A DNA stretch of 38,707 nucleotides, taken from positions 1 through 38,707 of IMG/VR virus record IMGVR_UViG_3300037484_000646. One strand, given 5' to 3'. Positions within the stretch are counted from its first letter, which is position 1. Every line of letters starts with the position of its first letter. Source of the stretch: a virus (taxonomy: Duplodnaviria; Caudoviricetes). The notes below the pieces were generated by a model, which ran no database searches, was not told the origin of the DNA, and was given only the letters and a program-made list of their open reading frames with translations. Below are positions 33,647-38,707 of this stretch, piece after piece. The translations under genes and the position numbers were made by a program.

Positions 33647-34618
33647 CTATGCACCCTCCTTTTCGTGCTTCTCCGCGATCTTCGCGTTGAGTCTGTCGTT
33701 GAGCTTCCGGAGCATCGTCACGTCCTCGGCGTGCTCGGCCAGCACCGCGAGCGCCTTGGCCTGGATCTCCCCGCCCACCTCGGCAGCCTTGCGCTTCACC
33801 TCGGCCGCTAGGTTGGCGAGGTCGGCTGCGCCCTTCTGCGCCGCTTGGTCGAACTCCTCCCAGGACAACGGGATCTGCTCGGCCAGGCCGTAGCGGTCCT
33901 TCGCGTCGTAAGCGGCCGTCCGCTGCGTGTAGAGCAGGCGCGAGCCGGTCGAAACGCCCTTCACCTTCTTGCCCTTCTCCTTCACGGCGAAGGTCTCGTA
34001 CTGCGCGAAGTAGCAGCCCTTCGACCACTCTCGGCAGAGCGCTGCTGACTTGTCGGCCAGCTTGAGGACGTACCGGGAGTAGTCCTCACCTTCGGGGTTC
34101 GAGAACTGCTTGATGAAGCTGTGCGCGATGAGGATGACGTTCATCCGATGGACACGCTGGAGTCGCTCGAGCGCGGCGAGGAGGATGCGCCAGTGGTTGG
34201 TTACGACACTCACCCACTTGCCGTACCCGCCCGCAATCTCCTCGATCACGTCCGCCTTGCCATCCTCGGAGATGAGCTTGGAGTGAAGGAGCGGCTCGGC
34301 CCAGTCGAGCGAGTCGACGACCAGCGTCTTGTACCCGCCCGCGTCCGCCGTGAGTGTGGCGATGGCGTCGAGGATGTCCTCCCATGCTTCGGGGGTCGGA
34401 AACCGAGCCACGTCGAGCTCACTCGTTCCGTCCTCGGTTCCGAGGAAGATCGAACCGGGCGCATCGGCGCCGAATGTGGTTTTGCCCACGCCGTCCACGC
34501 CGTGGACGAGGAGCCGATAGGGGCCGGGAATCCTGCCCTTGGTGACGGAGGTTAGGGTCATGCGGTTGACGCGCGGCGGCTGCGGTGCCGGCTTCTGGAG
34601 CGTGGCGGGTGCGGCCAT
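33647..34618 (-). CDS. Sak4-like (AAA_24) recombination ATPase
   Basis: HGVDGVGKTTF, TEDG, YKTLVVDSLDWAE, GYGK, ILIAH, AYDAKDR. Confidence 0.88.
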   Translation of the reverse strand: MAAPATLQKPAPQPPRVNRMTLTSVTKGRIPGPYRLLVHGVDGVGKTTFGADAPGSIFLGTEDGTSELDVARFPTPEAWEDILDAIATLTADAGGYKTLVVDSLDWAEPLLHSKLISEDGKADVIEEIAGGYGKWVSVVTNHWRILLAALERLQRVHRMNVILIAHSFIKQFSNPEGEDYSRYVLKLADKSAALCREWSKGCYFAQYETFAVKEKGKKVKGVSTGSRLLYTQRTAAYDAKDRYGLAEQIPLSWEEFDQAAQKGAADLANLAAEVKRKAAEVGGEIQAKALAVLAEHAEDVTMLRKLNDRLNAKIAEKHEKEGA

Positions 34619-34629
34619 GGTGTTCCCCC

Positions 34630-35649
34630 TTAGAGCGCCGCCTCGGCGGCGGGTTGGTGTGCGGGCTGAATCGCAGCAAGGGCCGCATCGAGCCTCGCGC
34701 CGTCCTTCGCTAGCCACCAGCCCTCGAGGCCCGCGTGGATCAGGTGTCCGAAGCGGAGGGTTTCGGCCTCTACCGCTGGCCGGATCCCCTCTCCGTAACG
34801 GATGCGGTGCATCCGCTGGCAGGCCCTCGCGCAGCCGAGGCGGGACGCCGTGAGAAGGTGGCCGTTCGCGTTGTCGCCCTCGAGTTCAGGGTGGAGCGCT
34901 TCTGTCTTGCGGTACAGGTTCACGTCCTCGGCCGACGCCTCGCCCACACAGATCGGGAAGTAGTCACAGGTGCGGCCCCACTGGACGCACGCGCCGGGGT
35001 TGCGTGGGTAGCGGCCGAGCCGCTCGGCCTCGCGGAGCTGCTGCGCGAGCTGCCACACGTCGGCCATGGCGTCGCGCATCTCCTCCTCGAGCCGCACCAC
35101 TTCCGTTCGCATGAGGTAGTCGTTAGGCGAGGAAGCCACGGCCTCTACCAGTCGGGCCTGGTACTGCCCTGGCGTCTCGTCTTCGGCCCGCTGCGCGGCG
35201 TAGAGGCGGCCATCCTTGGTGTACTTTCGGGACTCGGCCGGCGTCGCCTTGAGCGGGCGTTGCGACGGCTTCACCAGCACGTCGTACAAGCACCCGTCCA
35301 CCCTGCTCCCGAGCGCCTCGGCGCCCGCGTAGTAGACGGAAATCTGGCCGTCGAGGCGCAGGCGTTTCACATAGTCCGAGCCCGCCCCCACGTCGCCGCT
35401 GGCCGTTTTGTGCTCGACGATGAGCGCGCGCTTGCTCGCGACCTCGCGCACGCGGACGTCGAGCTTTCCGCCGAGCGTCCAGATCGGCGAGGCGTGCCCG
35501 GTCTCGGGGTTCACCAGCTTGGCGCGGAACTCCTCCTCTACGCCAAGAACCTCGTACTGCGCCATGTCGCCGGCCCAGCGGGCGTCGTACGCCGTGAGCA
35601 TCACGGTGGCGCGCGCCAGGTCGAACGGATCTGCCTGTGTCTTATCCAT
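34630..35649 (-). CDS. Cas4/AddB-like PD-(D/E)XK exonuclease with Fe-S cysteines, apparently circularly permuted
   Basis: VEEEF, GKLD, IVEHKT, QISVY, C-x6-C-x5-C, followed by LLTASRL...ACQR...FGHLIHAGLE. Confidence 0.85.
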   Translation of the reverse strand: MDKTQADPFDLARATVMLTAYDARWAGDMAQYEVLGVEEEFRAKLVNPETGHASPIWTLGGKLDVRVREVASKRALIVEHKTASGDVGAGSDYVKRLRLDGQISVYYAGAEALGSRVDGCLYDVLVKPSQRPLKATPAESRKYTKDGRLYAAQRAEDETPGQYQARLVEAVASSPNDYLMRTEVVRLEEEMRDAMADVWQLAQQLREAERLGRYPRNPGACVQWGRTCDYFPICVGEASAEDVNLYRKTEALHPELEGDNANGHLLTASRLGCARACQRMHRIRYGEGIRPAVEAETLRFGHLIHAGLEGWWLAKDGARLDAALAAIQPAHQPAAEAAL

Positions 35650-35675
35650 GTGCTTCCCCCTTTCAAGAACACGGC

Positions 35676-35864
35676 TCAGTGCGCGAGGCCATGACCGCCG
35701 TGTCGATCCTCCTCCACCCTCGTCACCGTGGCTGGCTCCCCGAAACCGCAGATCCTCGCCGCTTGCAGCGCCTCCGACTCCGTGTGCGCACGGACAGTGA
35801 AGGACCAGCGCTTGCGGCCGAGCTCCTCCACCGTAAATAGACTCCCGCGCTCAGACCGCGTCAT
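35676..35864 (-). CDS. Hypothetical protein
   Basis: AAGGAG RBS; ATGA coupling. Confidence 0.55.
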   Translation of the reverse strand: MTRSERGSLFTVEELGRKRWSFTVRAHTESEALQAARICGFGEPATVTRVEEDRHGGHGLAH

Positions 35865-36193
35865 GGCCGCTCCTTTGCTGCCTCGGTGAGCATGGCGTCC
35901 GCGGTCAAGTAGGCAACGCGCGCGAGGCGGCTCGGAGCCACGTCCGGAATCGCGCTGTCGACCGCGAGAGAGAGCAGCCCCTGCATCGCCATCGCCGCCA
36001 CATTGTCCCGCGACATGGCGCGCCGGCCAGGGTGGGCAGAGCACCAGTAGTCCGGCGTCGTGGCGCGCCCCACCGACATACGGATCGGGTTCCCGTGGGC
36101 GTCCGTGCCGCTCATCTCCTGCGGCGGACTGGCGCGGCACTCGGTGCCGTCAGCGAAGGACCAAGGGCAGGTTGCGCAGGTTGCGGGGCTCAT
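35861..36193 (-). CDS. Two-module phage protein (Cys-rich module plus 'AAMAMQG...AY.TADAML' module)
   Basis: CATC...CRASPP...WCSAH fused to RDNVAAMAMQGLL...AYLTADAML; GGGGAGG RBS. Confidence 0.7.
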   Translation of the reverse strand: MSPATCATCPWSFADGTECRASPPQEMSGTDAHGNPIRMSVGRATTPDYWCSAHPGRRAMSRDNVAAMAMQGLLSLAVDSAIPDVAPSRLARVAYLTADAMLTEAAKERP

Positions 36194-36297
36194 GGCCTCC
36201 CCCTGCGCACCGTCACGTGCTCTGGCTCTCCGAGGGTGGCGATCGGGGCGAGTAGCGCGAGCAGCGACACGGCGGCGACGAGGAGGGCGGCGATCAC
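36190..36297 (-). CDS. Small membrane peptide (35 aa)
   Basis: GTGA/ATGA coupling; VIAALLVAAVSLLALLAPI. Confidence 0.5.
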   Translation of the reverse strand: MIAALLVAAVSLLALLAPIATLGEPEHVTVRRGRP

Positions 36298-36596
36298 GGC
36301 GCGGCCCTCTTGATCGCGGCACGGGCCTTCGCGAGGACTTCGCGCGGAAGCACCGCCCCCACCATCTCCGTCATGGTGCATGCGCCGGACGTGTAGTCGA
36401 CCTGATCCAATAGAACCCGTAGCGCTTGGAGTATCTCCGGGGCGGCGGCGATGAGATCGGCGTTCGCCGCCGATGAGGGCGTGATGCTGGGGCCGTAGAC
36501 GGTGGCGATTTGGGCCTCGCCGGAGTCCGTCGTAATCCATTCGGCGTGGCCAAGCTTCCCGGCCCTCCTCCACGGCCCCGGCGTGTGCGCGCTCAC
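36294..36596 (-). CDS. Phage protein of the 'HTPGPW...ANA.LIAAAP' family
   Basis: Both motifs present; GGAGG RBS. Confidence 0.8.
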   Translation of the reverse strand: MSAHTPGPWRRAGKLGHAEWITTDSGEAQIATVYGPSITPSSAANADLIAAAPEILQALRVLLDQVDYTSGACTMTEMVGAVLPREVLAKARAAIKRAAP

Positions 36597-36757
36597 GTCG
36601 CCACCTCCTCTCTCCGCTCCGCCAGCGTGACCACGTAGCCGAGCGACCGCAGCGCGAAGAGGACCGCCCCCCGCGTGCCCACCCAGAACACCACTGACGA
36701 CCCGAGCACCAACCGGAAACTGCCGGGTCGGATCTCGGTGACAACTGCTCGCTTCAT
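36593..36757 (-). CDS. Small hypothetical protein (54 aa)
   Basis: GGGGAG RBS before MKRAVVTEIRPG; GTGA coupling to the next gene. Confidence 0.55.
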   Translation of the reverse strand: MKRAVVTEIRPGSFRLVLGSSVVFWVGTRGAVLFALRSLGYVVTLAERREEVAT

Positions 36758-36773
36758 GGTGCGTCTCCCCTGT

Positions 36774-36790
36774 CCTGCGCTGTCCGTCTC
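36774..36790. repeat. 17-bp direct repeat, copy A
   Basis: CCTGCGCTGTCCGTCTC, identical to 37395-37411. Confidence 0.92.
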
Positions 36791-37070
36791 ATTGCCGTTG
36801 CTCGCCGGAGCCGTAGCCGTAGCCGGAGCCGTCGCCGTAGCCGGAGCCGGGGCCGGAGCCGTAGCCGTAGCCGGAGCCGGAGCCGTAGCCGTAGCCGGAT
36901 CCGGAGCCGGAGCCGTAGCCGGAGCCGTAGCCGTAGCCGGAGCCGTCGCCGTCGCCGTAGCCGTCGCCGTAGCCGTCGCCGGAGCCGTAGCCGTCGCCGT
37001 AGTCGTCGCCGGAGCCGTAGCCGTAGCCGTAGCCGTCGCCGGCCCACGTCGGCTCGGCGCCGCGAATCAC
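36789..37070 (-). CDS. Gly-Tyr/Ser/Asp low-complexity protein (93 aa)
   Basis: GTGA-coupled to the upstream gene; about 80 residues of (G-[YSD])n. Confidence 0.7.
   Translation of the reverse strand: MIRGAEPTWAGDGYGYGYGSGDDYGDGYGSGDGYGDGYGDGDGSGYGYGSGYGSGSGSGYGYGSGSGYGYGSGPGSGYGDGSGYGYGSGEQRQ
36803..37040. repeat. Degenerate 6-bp tandem repeat array (gccgta/gccgga/gccgtc)
   Basis: About 40 hexamer units encoding GY/GS/GD dipeptides on the minus strand. Confidence 0.95.
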
Positions 37071-37369
37071 TCCTGCCACGGTGCGCCTTCCCACGCCTTC
37101 ACCGCGGCCGGAGCGACCTCGGCAACGCACGTGATCGCGCGGAGCGTGATGTCGGCGGGCGGCCCGATCCGGCACTTCGCGGTGGGCCCGCTGTTGGCGA
37201 GGCCGAGGAAACCCTTCACGTCGGCGCTCCAGTACACGCAGTTACGCGCGGCGCGCAGCTTGATGGTGTCGCCGTCCGTCTCCGTCGCGTAGCCGAAGAA
37301 CACGCCCCGGTGCTCCGTGGTGACCAGGACCGCTCGCTCCTTCTGCGCTCCGTTCTTCTTGTTCGCCAT
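37067..37369 (-). CDS. DUF6948-like small beta protein (possible Sm/SH3-like fold)
   Basis: AVLVTTEHRGVFFG...IKLRAARNCVYW...GLANSGP; GGGGGAGG RBS; first gene of the leftward operon. Confidence 0.75.
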   Translation of the reverse strand: MANKKNGAQKERAVLVTTEHRGVFFGYATETDGDTIKLRAARNCVYWSADVKGFLGLANSGPTAKCRIGPPADITLRAITCVAEVAPAAVKAWEGAPWQE

Positions 37370-37394
37370 GTGTCCTCCCCTTGAGCTGCGTTCG

Positions 37395-37411
37395 CCTGCG
37401 CTGTCCGTCTC
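37395..37411. repeat. 17-bp direct repeat, copy B
   Basis: CCTGCGCTGTCCGTCTC, identical to 36774-36790. Confidence 0.92.
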
Positions 37412-37512
37412 CTGCTCATCCCACCGCGGCGCGGGCCTTCCCGGTTGTGGGATCGGGTTGGTTGGGCCCGGTCCGCCCCGCTGCTTGATGAGCGATGCGT
37501 CCAACGAACGTA

Positions 37513-37545
37513 GTTGTAGCCCAGTGACGACACGGTTGTCAAGCG
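37513..37545 (-). promoter_or_regulatory. PL-like promoter/operator
   Basis: Minus strand CGCTTGACAACCGTGTCGT, an 18/19 match to the PR element; TTGACA -35 with a weak -10 (TACAAC, 18-bp spacer). Confidence 0.7.
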
Positions 37546-37601
37546 ACGCCGCAAGAGGCGGACACGCCCGCCCCACCAAGGGCCCGCGCCCGGGGGAATA
37601 C

Positions 37602-37814
37602 TCAGTGGTGTCGGGAACGTCTGGCTGCGCCAGCTACAGCGGCAGCCAGGGTGCTGAGATGCGCAGCGGCGCGCCGCAGGGCCTCCGCTGCGCGCTCAAC
37701 ACGCGCCGGGGTGGCGCGGCGTGGCAGCTCGAGAACGCCTCGTGCGGCGCGCTCCGCTTCGTCGCGGGCGCTGTCCAGGGAATCTCCGGCATCTGCTGCG
37801 GCGCTGCGGTCCAT
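37602..37814 (-). CDS. Small helical hypothetical protein downstream of the repressor
   Basis: Same strand as cI and upstream of PL; 70-aa Ala-rich ORF. Confidence 0.45.
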   Translation of the reverse strand: MDRSAAADAGDSLDSARDEAERAARGVLELPRRATPARVERAAEALRRAAAHLSTLAAAVAGAARRSRHH

Positions 37815-37927
37815 GGCGTAGCTGCTCCACTCCGCGCGCCCCTCTCCTCACCCAGCCCGCCACTACCGCCCGCGCGCGACGGAACGATCTACACCTGTAG
37901 TCCGTCCAGCGCGCCGCCCCTTTCTGG

Positions 37928-38245
37928 TCACTGCGCTGGAGGGACTGGCCGGAGGGGCCGCACACCATTCAGGGGCCAGTAGTTGGGATCGAGCCAGCAA
38001 GCGTCCGGCTCCCTGTCCACCAGCCAGTCTATGGAGACGTGGAGGCGGCGGTGCACGAGCAAGAGGACGTCGAGTCCGGCGGTCCGCTCGCCCTTGAGGT
38101 ACCGCGTCAGGGCGCTGCGCGACATCCCGATCGCCTTGGCCATGGCGGAGATGGAGACGAACTCATTCTTGTACTGCAAATACCGCAGGTTCGCCGCGAT
38201 GCGTTGCCGCGTCCTTAGATCGAGGGTTCCGTCTCGGGTGCTCAT
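37928..38245 (-). CDS. cI: CI-like immunity repressor (XRE HTH, no peptidase domain)
   Basis: SISAMAKAIGMSRSALTRYLKGER...VSIDWLV; divergent from cro; TAGCTT -10 at 38254-38259 favours a leaderless start at 38245. Confidence 0.82.
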   Translation of the reverse strand: MSTRDGTLDLRTRQRIAANLRYLQYKNEFVSISAMAKAIGMSRSALTRYLKGERTAGLDVLLLVHRRLHVSIDWLVDREPDACWLDPNYWPLNGVRPLRPVPPAQ

Positions 38246-38291
38246 GGGGGCGAAAGCTATCTGCGGGGCGGGCGTCATGGGGCGCCGTAAC

Positions 38292-38323
38292 CGCTTGACA
38301 ACGGTGTCGTATGACGACATGCT
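38292..38323 (+). promoter_or_regulatory. PR-like promoter/operator
   Basis: TTGACA (38295)-17 bp-CATGCT (38318); palindrome TGTCGT-atg-ACGACA (38305-38319). Confidence 0.78.
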
Positions 38324-38331
38324 CTCGCCCC

Positions 38332-38586
38332 ATGCGGAAACGCCGTACCCGTCTCGCGTGCTGGCTCGATTCTCCCGAGGCCCCTACGGTCGCAGAGTTC
38401 GCCCGCAGGGTCGGCGCCGATCGCCAGCGTATCTACCGCTGTGCGAAGGGCGAGCGTCGCCCTGGTCTGGACCTCGCGATAGCAATCGAGCGCGAGAGCG
38501 GTGGCAAGGTCCCGATCTCGTCGTGGTCCGGCGAGAAGCCGTGGACCGGCCGCGTCGTCTCCACCCCCTGCTCCTGCACCGCCTGA
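38332..38586 (+). CDS. cro: Cro-like HTH protein
   Basis: TVAEFARRVGADRQRIYRCAKGERRPGLDLAIAIERESGGKVPISSW. Confidence 0.85.
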   Translation: MRKRRTRLACWLDSPEAPTVAEFARRVGADRQRIYRCAKGERRPGLDLAIAIERESGGKVPISSWSGEKPWTGRVVSTPCSCTA

Positions 38587-38707
38587 GTTCACCATGCGAT
38601 CTCCTTCGCACCTCGAATCGTGCCCCGAGGGCCACCGTCAACCGGAGTCATTCGCGTTGCCGACGTCCGACGCTGGTTCACTTCCGGAGCAACCAGAGTT
38701 GGGATTC
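38582..38707 (+). repeat. 126-bp terminal direct repeat, copy 2
   Basis: Identical to 23-148. Confidence 0.95.

Larger units (their letters stand above)
23..38581. mobile_element. Complete temperate phage genome, P22-like podovirus architecture, in excised/circular form (~38,559 bp)
   Basis: End overlap (23-148 = 38582-38707); full set of immunity, replication, packaging, head, tail, ejection, lysis and integration modules; no host genes; attP uninterrupted. Confidence 0.95.

Noticed and set aside
34630-35649. Cas4-like gene as part of a CRISPR-Cas system
   Set aside because: No cas1/cas2 or array; its Sak4 plus SSB context indicates a recombination module.
36803-37040. Tandem array as a CRISPR array or non-coding satellite
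   Set aside because: Units are 6 bp with no unique spacers, and variation is confined to Gly-X codons of a coupled ORF.
36675-37292. Alternative-frame ORFs over the repeat (poly-AV on +, poly-RL on -)
   Set aside because: Stop-free by-products of the hexamer repeat; only the GY frame is coupled to the operon.
38582-38707. 126-bp end repeat as a biological terminal repeat or attL/attR
   Set aside because: It cuts through the cII-like gene, its length fits a de Bruijn k-mer overlap, and a separate attP lies beside the integrase.

Overview
The window is an essentially complete temperate phage genome with a P22-like podovirus layout and very high GC (roughly 70% by eye). It closes as a ~38.56 kb circle because bases 23-148 recur exactly at 38582-38707. 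Gene order on the circle: short XRE repressor and divergent cro, cII-like, then rightward early/replication genes (HNH, DNA methyltransferase, DUF559 nuclease, initiator with an internal iteron origin, DnaC-like loader, many Zn-finger microproteins). These are followed by terS, terL, portal, scaffold, P22-type coat, a free-standing HNH, a decoration-like protein, a glycosyltransferase, gp4/gp10-like tail proteins, three ejection proteins, an unusual lysis cassette and a tailspike. A small leftward regulatory cassette and an intact attP come next, then a leftward operon with integrase, xis, SSB, Sak4-like ATPase, a Cas4/AddB-like nuclease and accessory genes. A myxobacterial (Anaeromyxobacter-like) host is an inference only. 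Most notable observations: (1) a two-gene cassette (DUF6948-like protein plus a Gly-Tyr low-complexity protein) bracketed by a perfect 17-bp direct repeat; (2) an attP core resembling the 3' end of RNase P RNA (rnpB); (3) a candidate inverted-topology one-component spanin with a YadA-like beta anchor, next to a Tlde1/DUF2778 lysin; (4) a circularly permuted Fe-S PD-(D/E)XK nuclease; (5) a glycosyltransferase inside the head operon; (6) a synonymously recoded coat-gene 3' end beside a homing endonuclease. All family assignments come from motif recognition by eye; no searches were run.
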